A DNA stretch of 63,974 nt, counting the filler, from Porpidia crustulata (taxonomy: Eukaryota), in NCBI GenBank assembly GCA_964255105.1. It is 3 parts of 3 records of this genome, joined end to end, with 100 filler letters (N's around TTAATTAATTAA, not from the genome) between each part and the next. Parts side by side here need not be neighbours in the genome. Positions count along the whole stretch, not along the records: positions 45,322 to 63,974 come from CAXUWE010000171.1; 2 more parts are not named here. The stretch is one strand, 5' to 3'. Below the pieces are notes generated by a model. The model was not told the DNA's origin and did no database searches. It worked only from the letters and a program-made list of their open reading frames with translations. Positions 52,601 to 63,974 of this stretch are shown here, one piece after another; within the stretch, counting starts at the first letter, position 1; every line of letters begins with the position of its first letter. The translations under genes and the position numbers were made by a program.

Positions 52601-53591
52601 CCAAGGAATGGGCCTATTGTTTCTTTCCTAGCTGAAGTGACTACACCGCTGAGAAATGATAGAACACCAATATGAGCGTATATCGTCTTCGGAGGGGCAT
52701 CACTGGGCTGAAAATCCAGAGACAAAAGTGCCCAGCGGATAAGAGAGGAGGGTAGATCAAGAGCAAGCATATCTGGTCGCAGAACTAAACGGACAAGAAG
52801 AAAATGCGCTGCTTCACGCTCTTTGCTGGCAGATCCTATGTATTTCAGAGATAGAGCAATTACACGTTTCGCGATAGTAGGAGCGTTTTGGGGCAAGGAT
52901 ACTTGCAAAGCCGCTTCGTCGGCTTCAATGATTGTAGTTGACGAAATAGAAGACAAATCAAAAGGCGTCAACATAAGATGTGACAGCCAAAGAAGCATGA
53001 TGTATCGCTCTTCCCATACCATAGGTCCATAATCAAAAGAAGGCCCATCCGCCCTATTTTCGAACGGCTTCTTCCATGCCCCAAACGCATTAAGCATCGG
53101 CTCGAGGTATTTAGGTTCGTTGGCCATAAATTGGCATATGACCTTCTCTCCCCGAATCTTGCAAAGAGTATAAAGTATTTTGCAAACTGCTCTTGGCAGC
53201 GGATACAGCCATGGCGAAATTTCACGAATGGTAGATCGATAGCGCTTGGCATGATTGCACATATAAGCCAGAAAGGCGGAGACAAGAATTTGGAGCAAAT
53301 TGCTTAATCTAGGATCCAGCAATTGTGGCCACTCCTGGAAAGGCTCCAACTTTGATGGCCAGAATATTAGAACTGCCTAGTTTCTAAAAAATACCACGTG
53401 GGACTTACCAGAAGTGTTAGGCTATGAGCTTTAGGAGCCTTGACCAGCTTACGTACGACGTCCCCAGGCAGTATAGCCTCTGTATTGAGTGACGATTTCC
53501 ATAATAACCGGGGCAGGGAGACTTCAAACTCAGCGAGACGGCTAGCTGACGTTCGCTGAAGCTTGATCTCACTGTCATCTGAGACGTCCAT
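49685..53591 (-). CDS. Tubulin-folding cofactor D (TBCD/Alp1/Cin1), multi-exon
   Basis: EPFQEWPQLLDP, WEERYIMLLWLSHLMLTPFDL, DKDTPVRYAASK, GTNVRDAACFGIWALARRY, IRRGASAALQELIGRH, LNDYTTDRRGDVGSMVR, LLLHPFPKIR; stop at 49685-49687. Confidence 0.93.
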
Positions 53592-54249
53592 TGCAGAAGG
53601 TCGAGATGGAACGGCTGGTCTGTGTATGAGCTATTGAGAAGTTGGGACGTGATATTGCTCAAGGCGACCGTCTTAAATCCTCGCGACTTTCATATAAGCA
53701 GGTAGGCATTTTAGACTGTGTTAGACAGCGCGGCAATTGCCATGGAACGCGTCAATGTAGGTACTAGATCCAGATGCTACTGTCACCTTTGATGCATCGT
53801 TGGTTTGTCCATTCGACTAAGCCCAAGCAGATATAATAATTTCGAAATGTCCTTCTTGCTCCCCCCCACAGAATCATTACTGACTAGTGTCGTTGATTGA
53901 TTAGATAAGGACTGTGTACGTAAGCTGGAAAACTTGGACAGAGCTCGATGATTGGATCGCGGTAGGACAATCTGGAAGGCTGAGAGCTCTTGAAGTCTTA
54001 TCGTCGAGGCTACTGATGTCGAACGTTCATGCTGCTTTCATCCGATGTTATGTACAAGGACGTCAAATGTTCGAAGCACTCAAATCCTTCGAAATCAACA
54101 GCAGATCAACAACAGAAGAACGTTTTACAAAGGATACTCATAACGGTGTCAAGCTTGGGACTTGGAACGTGCACTAGAGACCAGTCTCGATTTTGCTTGA
54201 CACATCTCCGAGGAATCAAGGCCATCCCGCCCCGACCTCCGTCCAATCG

Positions 54250-56984
54250 ATGGCCGATGAAACCTTGGTCGATGAGGCTGAACAACGCATTTTATTTGGG
54301 ACGAATGAATCTAACGGCTCCCCTCATGGCCAAACAAAGCCTACCAAGGCAAAGTCGCGTCAAAGGGAGAAGGAATCGGTTGCCTCGGCCAAGAGGCGGT
54401 GCGTTAGTACTGCTTGTATAGCATGTAGGAGAAGAAAGTCAAAGGTGTGCCATATACTCCAGTCACTGAGGGAGTAGAAATTTAATGTATAATACTGCAA
54501 TGCGCTGACACGAAGCTTTGGAATCAGTGCGATGGGAACACACCAAGCTGCGCAGCCTGTGCGTCCGTCTACGGTACAGAGTGTGTTTATGATCCAAATT
54601 CCGACCACCGGCGTAAAGGGGTGTACAAAAAGGACATTGATAACCTAAAAACGCGCAATTCGACGTTACAGACTCTGATTCAAGCTGTTCTCAATTACCC
54701 CGAGCATGAAGTACCAGACTTGGTGAAGCAAATAAGGACATGCGAGAGCTTGGATGATGTCGCCGAATCCATAATGACTAAGGACAACGGTCTTGAGGAC
54801 GACCGAGAAGATGATGAGTCCCCCCTTACGGAGAATGGGCCGCTTACCGGCGTGCCGAAGTTTGAAGCTGAATTATCCGGAAAGATGGGGGAGTTGCGTT
54901 TAGATAATGGCTCTGTTAGCTTCGTTGGAGGGACCTCGAATCTCATCTTCCTCGGATCAGAGTCGGACGACGAAGATTCAGGGTCAAATGACGAGGTGGA
55001 GCAATACCAGCAACTGGCGGACCCCATCACTTCTTGGACAGAGGTGACTGCGGATCCTGATCTCGTTAAACATCTGCTTAGCATGTACTTTACATGGCAC
55101 TACACGTACTTTACCACCCTGTCCAAAAGCTTGTTCTATCGCGACTTTCTTCTTGGAAAGCCACCACCAAGCACCAAACGCAAGACCGAATACTGCACTG
55201 AGTTACTAGTAAATGCCATGCTAGCTCTGGGTTGTCACTTCACATCATGGCCGTTGGCTAGGGACGATCCACAGGACTCCGCCACAGCGGGTGACCATTT
55301 CTTCAAAGAGGCCAAGCGATTAATTCTAGTCAATGACGAGCACGAGCATCCAAGGCTCGCAACGGTCCAAGCACTAGCATTGATGTCAGTGCGAGAAGCC
55401 GGGTGTGGCCGAGAAGCAAGAGGATGGGTCTACAGTGGAATGAGTTTTCGTATGGCATATGATCTTGGGCTTAACGTCGATTCCAGTTCTACAAGTCTCG
55501 AGGAGCAAGAGGTGGATGCTCGAAGGATCACAATGTGGGGATGCTTTTTATTTGATAAGTATGCTTGAATGATCATTTTGCTTGAGCATAAATTTACCGA
55601 TCTTAGGTGTTGGTCGAACTATCTCGGGCGGCAACCGCAGCTGCCGCTATCCAGCATAGCGGTGCCAAAGATTGATGTTTTCCCTATGGAGGATGCTAAT
55701 ATTTGGTCACCTTACACGGATGTGGGAGTCGGTCAGGCGCATTCCCAACCATCGAGGACGCGCGCTGTGGCATTGCAAATCTCCCAACTTTGCGAGATTA
55801 GTAGCGATCTACTGCTATACTTTTATCACCCAACTCATTTGGAGAAGCCAATCGGCAAGCAGGCAGAACTGAAGAAATTGGGCGAGCTACACACCAGGCT
55901 AGAGGCTTGGCGGAAGAATTTACCTAAAGAGATGGAACCGAAGGAGGGCCAATTGCCTCACGTGCTAGTCATGCAGTCAGTATTATTTTACCTGAAGTCC
56001 TTGTTGATTGACTGACCTTGACATAGTATGTTCTTTCAATTGCTGTTCATTCATCTTTTTCGCCCCTTCCTCAAGTATAAACAAGCTAATTCCCCCTTAC
56101 CCGCACACGTATCACCTCGGAAATTTTGTACCCACGCTGCCGCCATGATTTCTAAACTCCTTCGTTTGTACAAGCGGACCCACGGCTTGCGACAGATCTG
56201 TAATATTGCGGTTTACATCGCGCATTCCGCATGCACCATTCACTTGCTGAACCTGCCCGAAAAGAATGCCATTAGAGACATTGTCCATGGATTGAAACAT
56301 TTGGAGGAGATTGCTGAAGGCTGGCTCTGTGCTCGAAGAACACTTGCTATACTGCATATTTTAGCGCGTCGTTGGCAAATAGAACTACCAGAGGAGGCTG
56401 CAAAGGTTTTGGCCCGCACGGACGCCAAATTTGGCCCGCTCAAGTCTCATGACCAGCAATCACCGAAGTCTGAGGCCTACTCACCTCCACCTCAGGTACA
56501 AAGGGAGCCTGTACAACAGAACATACAGAACACCAACGCCTCGTTTGCCATACCTACGAACGGTTTTTACGCAGGCGCTGGTATGATGAATGCCACTCCT
56601 ACAGCGGAGATTCATCAACCCAACGGGCTAGCGGCTGCTCCTGTCCGATCGACCGTTGACTACAACCGGAAGCCGCGGCAGCAAGCCTTCATTCTGCCTC
56701 AGGTGCAGCAAGAGCTATGGAATCAGGATCGCGCTTCACGGGGCGCGGCGGCTCAGACTTCGCCTTCGATATTGTTCGGAGGCGTCCCTGCGTTAATGGA
56801 CGATAGCCACGAGTGGTGGTACAAAGATTCACAAGGATTGATCTCAAATTGGAACGGAATGGACCAAGAATCAGCCATGATGGGGAACCGAGCTAGCAAC
56901 AATGACATGAATTCCGCCGATTACGCCCATTCCTATGCTTTCTCTGGGGATCCCAACTCGACTTCTCCCAACGGCTTGCTCTGA
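54250..56984 (+). CDS. nirA: Zn2Cys6 nitrate-assimilation transcription factor NirA/Nit-4, 4 exons
   Basis: KRRCVSTACIACRRRKSK|CDGNTPSCAACASVYGTECVYDPNSDHRRKGVY, a fungal TF middle domain, and LYKRTHGLRQICNIAVYIAHSACTIHLLNLP. Confidence 0.93.
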
Positions 56985-57568
56985 GGCCGACATCCTCTGC
57001 TGATGGCAATAATGATCTGATGATTGGGAGCTCCAGCACGATAGATTCAGGATAGGAAATACGGCTCGCCGGATAAGGATGGGAATTGGGAAAGGACGGC
57101 CGGCATTGTGACGGTGCCGTGTTCGGCGGGATATTTCATGAGATTACGAATGATATAGGGTTTATCTAAGAGTTTTAGATGTATCGATAACGACAATGTA
57201 TTTTCAGGCTCGTGCGCAAGTTGTCCCTACCAATGAAGTGAGCAGACGAGAGTGGTCTTTAGCGGTCTTGAGCTCTTTGAAAGTCAAATGGCTCAATGGA
57301 TTAGGCGAGTTTGGTATTTCTAGAAAATGGCGCTAGTCGAGACACTGTCAGCCTCTCTAATCCAACGAAAAGAAACGTGCTTGTTATTGATAATAAACCC
57401 CTTCCATGTATTAAGTGGGGGCTCCAATTTGCATGATCAGTTACTCCTTATTTATCGCAGAGGAACTGTCGATGAATTGTTATCGTCAGGAAAGACGCCT
57501 TTCAAGTCCATGGGCAAACGATCTGAGAGTCCCCCACCAACTTCGAGCGGCCAGCAGTCTTGACAGCT

Positions 57569-58416
57569 ATGTCGTCTACAGTAGGCGCTAAATGCGACCA
57601 GATCATAAGGGGAGCGAGCTAACAATGAGACTTGACCTGCAGGACCCGAATAATCTCAATCGAATCAGGAACAATCAGCGCAGATCAAGAGCCCGCCGGA
57701 AAGAGTATTTGCAGGAACTGGAAGAAAAACTTCGGAAATGTGAGATCATGGGCGTTGAGGCCTCAATGGAAATCCAAGCATCTGCTAGGCTTGTAGCTGA
57801 GGAAAACAAGCGGTTGCGAGCACTTCTACAGTCGCGAGGTATTATGGGCCACGACATCGATGCTGCGCTTGGGATGTCAGGCGCTGGCGTTAATGCCCCA
57901 CAAAGTACTGAGATGCTCGAGGCGAAACTTAACACAAAGAAGCCATGCGTTGATAGAGAGTGTAACAAAGGCTGCTCTCCACCACAACCAGGCACGCTGA
58001 GTCTTACATCGACAACTTCAGCAGTTCGAGGGAGCACCTACAAGCGACCCGTGGCCTTGATGCCGTTGACGACAGTGCTCACGAACCCTTCGTCGCTACC
58101 GACAAGTCCTGCTTTGAGAAACCGACTGAGTAGTAGCTCTCTGACAAGTAATTCTATAGCAACACCTGCATTTTCCTCCACCGAACCATCTTTACCGTTT
58201 GGAAATCATTACAACCACGCATCTCCCGACCTTAGCGCTGAAATTTCCTTGGGTAACGATACCTCCTCATGTACCTTCGCTGCCAGTATTATCGCAACTA
58301 TGAGAGCAGATGTCAGCGCTGAAGATGTCAAGGCTGATTTAGGCTGTGGTAAAGATGCCGAATGCAAGATCGATAATGCTACTTTCTTCACAGCAATGGA
58401 CCGGTACACTGCCTGA
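57569..58416 (+). CDS. bZIP-like transcription factor, 2 exons
   Basis: Mini exon MSST (57569-57580), intron GTAGGC..GCTAAC..CAG (57581-57642), then RIRNNQRRSRARRKEYLQELEEKLR...GVEASMEIQASARLVAEENKRLRALL and a Cys-containing C-terminus. Confidence 0.85.
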
Positions 58417-58800
58417 TTCTGCATTTCACCATTAGATGAGCTGGGCGACCTTTTCTTCTGCTACGCATAGATAGCGTTTGTCTTGATCAATAATTCTTGC
58501 TTGGACAGAAAAATTTCTTTGTTCGACTTAAACAGACCTCGCCTGACCTTATTGAGAGTGCTATAAGTCTGCCCATCATTACCACAATGCTTTGTTCTTT
58601 CTTGTTGATAGTCAGACCGTTCGCGGAAATTGAGAAGGCCCAAAGAGCAGACATGGCTCGTTTGGAGGTTTTCGCCTTGTTGTGGATCCATGAAGCTTTG
58701 AGTATTTTCTTACGAAGTTATTGCTGCCATGACACATCAAGCACGGTAGTCTCAAACCCCCCTGTGATATTTGCCTTCTCCGATTGTTCTTGCGGCACCA

Positions 58801-61800
58801 ATGGCTCCAAAATTGACGCTGAAGCATAAGGGAGTAGCCAACCGTATAGAGGCTCCGGCGAAAAGCCCAGATGAGGGGCCCTCGATTCCAGAAACTGAAC
58901 AAGCACGTACATTACTGTGGCAATCAAAAAGTGCAACATCGACCATTGCTAAAACGCCCCGTGCGAAATCGCCGGTTTCTACTGGCAGGCGATTACTCTC
59001 CAATCCCAAGCCTCCCAAGGATAAGATATCATCATGTGGAATTTACGAATCATCCTTTCCGGATTGGAATACGTCGACACTGCCGAGACATCTCCAAACC
59101 TACCATCTTTTACAGGAAGCATTGATTCCTTCACCAACAATCTCGCACACGCTGACAACAAAATGGGTCAAACTGGATGACGCGCGAAAGGCTGCATGGG
59201 CTCGAGTTATCGCGAATACGTCTAGCGGAATCTGCACACTGTACAATTATATCCGCAAGAACGAAATGGAGGTTGATCAGCTCCTTTTTAGTCGAGAACT
59301 ACTGTCGAAGTGTCCACGGGGTTTTATATGCAGCCTTAACAAGGAAGATGCCACGGGTCAATTTAAAGATTCTATGGATTCGAGGCCCGAGAGCGAGACC
59401 GAATCGTTGCCGGAGCTTAGGAGGAAGTAGGTCGAAGGTGACCATGTTCTTCCTCTGTGAGTTCTTCAACGGGTATACTGCTCCACGTAGATTCACATCT
59501 TTCTAATGTTGATCTCAGGGATCCCCAGGCAGGCGGCGAGCATTGGCAGAAAGCTGCAAACGGACAAGCGCTTTCCAGTGTCCACAAATGCTTGGAATTT
59601 CGCCGTCTTAATGTTATTAACGAGGATCACTATGGATTTTTCATTGCTAATGGCACTTTAGCTCCGCTTTCCATTAACGGCGTTTTAACTGGTCTGAATA
59701 CGGTGGCTGGACCCCTGCCAGACTTTGCAGTAATCGAGGCCGAGGATTTTGTGTTCTTTTGGTGGTGTACTGGCAAGGGGGTCAAACACTTACCCGATGA
59801 TTTGCCTCTAGCGAATGTGCGTATTGTCCAAAGGTGGCTCACTGTTCTGACAGCTTTGGTAGGAAGGTTGGAGTGAACCTGGTGGCTCGAAGAGATCGCA
59901 CGAAGTAGCTGATGGGTATGAGAATCCCCATGATGAAGCACCAGTTGTCAAAAAAGCGAAGCTCGATGACGGTTTGTAATTCCGATTCACGAGTCTCTTT
60001 AAGATGGCTGATAATGTTTAGGCGAAGGAAGACTTACTCGGTCCCGTTTGAAGGTTTCTCGAACAAAGATTATCTTGAGGCCTCCACAACAAAGTCTCAC
60101 AGAACAATCAAACAATGCAGATACATCTAAGCCAGAAACGGATCAAACTCTAGCTACTGTGAAGACTGCTCCACGCCTGGGTAAATATTATATTGACGTT
60201 GAAACCAACAGTTCTAGTGCTTTACCGACGACTTGGATAGCAGATTACAAAAGCCGCTTGGATGCAGGCAATGCAAACGCTCAGCGGATAAATAGGGGGA
60301 ACGATTATTTAGGAGTGTCCCATCAGCTCACGGCCTCGAAAGTCCTATATGAAAATGACGTTTTCCTCCCAATAGCTGCCAGTTGGTACGGGTTGGTGAA
60401 ACGGGATGTCCACTTTGCTTTTGGCGGCAAACGTCTATTCGAGTGGGCGCAATTCGATGACAGCCATGGAATGACATGCGTGCTGTCTCCAAATGCATTC
60501 ATTATACCCCTTGTCTTCAATGCAGATATGACAGATCTACCCGGAAAGACGTCAGGACAAGGGAAAAGGCCTGCAAAAAGCACCAGTAAAGGTCGGGGTA
60601 AGCAGAGTCAGGAGAATTCCAAGAAAGCCAAGACTACTACAAAAACAAATCTACCCGGTGAAGGATCTCCTAGACCTTCGAAAGTAGCCCAGCCAAGAAA
60701 ATGCAATCATGGTATAATAGCCATTGCTAAGTATGCCGATGAGCCTCAGAGCAATCAATCCTTAAGTCTGACATTTATGGATTCACAATCAAATCCAAAG
60801 AACTACGACCGATTCAGCAAAGCAGCGAAGAATATCTTCCGTTATTCGAAATGGGTCAAACATTGGCCAGCGTGTACTGATGAAAATTGGGCAATAGTCC
60901 CTCAGCAAGGACGTTCCAATTCGACACCTGTCGCCTCCGGTGTTCATGTCGTACTAAATGCCTGGGCTTACATGCTCGATATACCTTTGGCTCCTAGTGC
61001 GAGGCTCGACAAAAACTTCTATACTGAGGCTCGGAAACTGATGCGGCTAGCCCTTAAGGGATGCCTAGATAGCGAAACAATTCGAGCCTTCCTGCAAGCT
61101 TACAAGTATGTTATACCGCAAGACCTAGCAGAGATTCGACACAGAGAGGAGGAGAGTTCAGCCTTGGTAGACAGCTTCCGTCACATGCAAAGTGAGTATA
61201 TGAATGATGAGATCTTTAATGAGATCATAGACCAAATTCACAGAGATGAATCTCCAAGTGGCGCAAATGAAGCAGACAATACAAGTTCTGGAGATAGAGG
61301 GAACTCCCGTGACTCAGATGGGGATCTTTCTGATAGGATTCCTCCACTTAGAGTGACTAGTGGACTAGGGAGCGACCCTTCGTTGCAGGATATCAAATTT
61401 GGGAGGCCAGGGTCAAGCCAACCACTTTCTAGTGCGGACTTACCGCAACCCGAAGTAAGACTTGCAGATATAGGTGGGGGTCAATTGGGACCAGAGAGTG
61501 ACCCACTAACAACTAATGTGCCACAGTCTGAGGCAAAAATACCATCGTCGAAATCATGGGACAACATTTTGATAGATGGGTTACAACGCTACTGGGATCG
61601 CTATCACGACCGAATATGCGGCATGATAGGACTTATGCCAAAATCGATCCGGACACCACCAATGGTTGGCATGATGATCCTGTTTTCCTTGCCATCGCTT
61701 CATTGTGGCAGGGTCTGCGTATAAAGGGGGTGGCTTTTGGTTACAGCATGCCGGCCACCTTTTATGGGGCCCGCCCCCAGAATACCATAATTCCAGGCGA

Positions 61801-63974
61801 GACTGTTGTCCATGGGCCACGACCCCTGATTATGCCGCTCTTGTTCAGCCCAGACGAAATGGCTTCATATCTGGGTGACCAACGCCCATTTTCGGACGAA
61901 ATGGTTGAAACCCATGGTGAAGGTGCTGAATTGGAGACCAAGGGCGCCAAAAGCCAGGATCGGTTCTATAAACGCAAACATGCTCAAGACCTAGGAGTAC
62001 TCCTCGGTCATTTCATCCTAGCCATAGCTAGAAAAACCAATGATGACATTATTCAGATCTCTATAATGAATAGCAGTGTGAAGCACATCGCAAAAGCAGC
62101 TGTTTCCAAGACAGTGCGCAGCCTTGTCACCAACAAAGGTTGGCTGGGCATTGATCAAGGAGGAGTTCAAAATTTGCCGAGGACCGTTTTCTTGACGTTC
62201 TGACGCAGAGACTTGGGAATACCTGTGGGATATATGTTGTTCTCAATGCTTGGGCATATATGCTGAATATTCCAATCCGAATAGAGAGATTTCTTGGCCA
62301 ACATCGATGGTTTCCTCACCATAAGTTCCATGAAAATGCTGCGCTTATATTCGATATGGCCGTGGAAGGATTCATGGATTCTTCGACTATCCAAGCTTTC
62401 CTGAATGTGTGGGGGTACGCGGAGGATCAAGATGTGAATGATCCACAAGTACATGTCCAACGAGTGGATACTGCAGAGATGGATTTGGACACGCTTGCCA
62501 CGATTGTGAACGATGAACGTGCTCTTGAAAGAATTGCGTTGGGAGTCCTACCAACGCCAGAAATTCCATACGAGCCATCGGAAGAAGACGTTACTAAGTT
62601 GATGCGAATGGGTTGGACAAGAGAAAGTGTAACCCATGCCTTGATTCGAATGCGTGGTCTCTTGCAACCTGCTATCACGATTCTTCTGGAACAAAGTAAC
62701 ACAGCTAGTCCGTCTACGCAGAGAAGTATACAACGTTCACCACCTGGATCCTGGCCTGACCACTCCTACGACGACATTGACCTTACCCTCGTGGCAAGCA
62801 TCAGCAATAGATCCTACAACACTGCGGTTCTGGCAATGGCTGAGGCTGGTGGAGAGGTCGAACTCGCCAAGGATATTGTATCTCAATATAGTGCATCTCA
62901 CAGTAACTCGCCTCCCTCTCCACCATCGCCTGATACGCAGCCTAGCTCCAGGCACTCGGTGAATAATCAAGGATCATCTACTTCAGGGTCATCGCCTTCT
63001 CAGCCCGGCGGACAGACTAGGACTAGGATATCGTCAAGTAGTTCAGCTCTGGACATATCGCAGGAGGAGCTGAACGCACATCTAGAAATATATCAGTGGT
63101 CGGAAGATCAATTCAGGGCTGAAATGGCCAAGCATCACGGAGATGGCAAGGCCCTGTTTGAAGAGGTTAAGATAAGGCTAGCAAGAAATACCGAAGCTGC
63201 AGGAGTTGCTGAAAATTCTGGGGGAATTGGAGCGTCTCAGGTCCAGGAGCAGCAGAGACGGGTTGAAGACACTGAAGATGAGGCGTTGACCGCATCCAAA
63301 GTCTTGAAACTCAAAATAAGGCTGATCCTAGCCAAAGATTCTAAACCCATACAGAAGCTAACCCCTGCCGAAGAATTTGACGAAGACCCGGAAGCGCTTT
63401 TCGCCTCTGACGCTGAGGATTTGGTTAATCCGGAAGAAACCCCTCGAAAACTAGGCGCTGATGATAAATGAACAAAATACTCTCGCGGATCAATTAACGA
63501 AGCCTACGAATTGGCCAGCTCCAATTGAGAATCCCGAGGTCGATACCAATTTCATCGTCGAGCGTACACAAACTCAAGCTCGAGCCCCCAGATCCGAAGA
63601 AACGCTACCCCTGGCGGTAGAAAACGCACCCGCGGACTAGTTGCTTTCAAATGACAGCCACCTAATCCACCGCTCCGATCCCGATCCTGCCATCAGGCAA
63701 AACCCCCCACGAGCTCCAGCCCCCAGCCAAGAACAAGACCAACCCCCATTCCCCAACTCCTCAACCAACAACACCGCCAAACCTTCCGAAATCACCTCCA
63801 TCAGCAACACTGTCGACATCGCCAAACTCCCTCTCCTCCCCATTGCAAGCCCCTAGCGCTTTCAAACGCATCACTCTGTCGAACGTGTCGGGTGTCCGGA
63901 AATGCTGGATCAAGCGATGGATTATGCGGGGGAGGATATTGGGACGCTGACTGCTATTGGGCATTCGAGAGAGG
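58801..63974 (+). pseudogene. Disrupted multidomain gene: FHA-like + 2 Ulp1-like (clan CE) protease domains + UBA-like repeats
   Basis: Introns 59427-59518, 59817-59862 and 59972-60021 join the first ORFs in frame. A duplicated domain carries VFL.IA..W.GL, H.I.AIA, M[DN]S, Q..[SC]G..VVLNAWAYML.IP and G..DS.TI.AFL. Frameshifts occur at about 61612, 62172 and 63467, and TAG stops at 63638 and 63854. Confidence 0.72.

Noticed and set aside
6999..58416. A functional gene cluster (e.g. nitrogen/purine: deaminase-like, AMD1, NirA, FNIP)
   Set aside because: The genes are scattered among unrelated housekeeping genes and across three contigs, and there is no secondary-metabolite backbone gene.
58450..63974. 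Ulp1-like gene as part of an intact transposon (MULE/Zisupton-type elements can carry Ulp1 domains)
   Set aside because: No transposase, recombinase or terminal repeats are visible in the window. It remains possible beyond the right edge.
1..63974. CRISPR arrays, rRNA, telomere repeats or a telomerase RNA template
   Set aside because: No repeat-spacer array, rRNA-like segment or extended TTAGGG/CCCTAA tract was seen.

Overview
Eukaryotic DNA from a filamentous ascomycete (Pezizomycotina; a lichen-forming Lecanoromycete is plausible but is inference only), with short GT-AG introns carrying CTRAY branch sites. The window consists of three contigs joined by two artificial 100-bp linkers (44 N + TTAATTAATTAA + 44 N, at 22612-22711 and 45222-45321), and both linkers truncate genes. 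Bases 1-6900 are gene-poor and hold a decayed intron-containing gene relic. Most of the rest is core fungal genes: cytosine-deaminase-like amidohydrolase, CitE-like lyase, small Gly-rich 11-mer-repeat protein, HAK/KUP K+ transporter, Nak1/Kic1-like STE20 kinase, AMP deaminase, Rad17/Rad24, a conserved hypothetical protein, She3-like coiled-coil protein, Nop12, Dep1/Sds3-like, SET-MYND methyltransferase, FNIP/Lst4, tubulin cofactor D, NirA and a bZIP-like factor. The most unusual element is at the right end (58801-63974). The ORF track splits it into fragments, but it can be reassembled into one gene predicted to encode an FHA-like domain, two tandem Ulp1-like (clan CE) cysteine-protease domains and two or three UBA-like domains. 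It is interrupted by three single-base frameshifts and two TAG stops. All family assignments are from motif recognition by eye; no searches were run.
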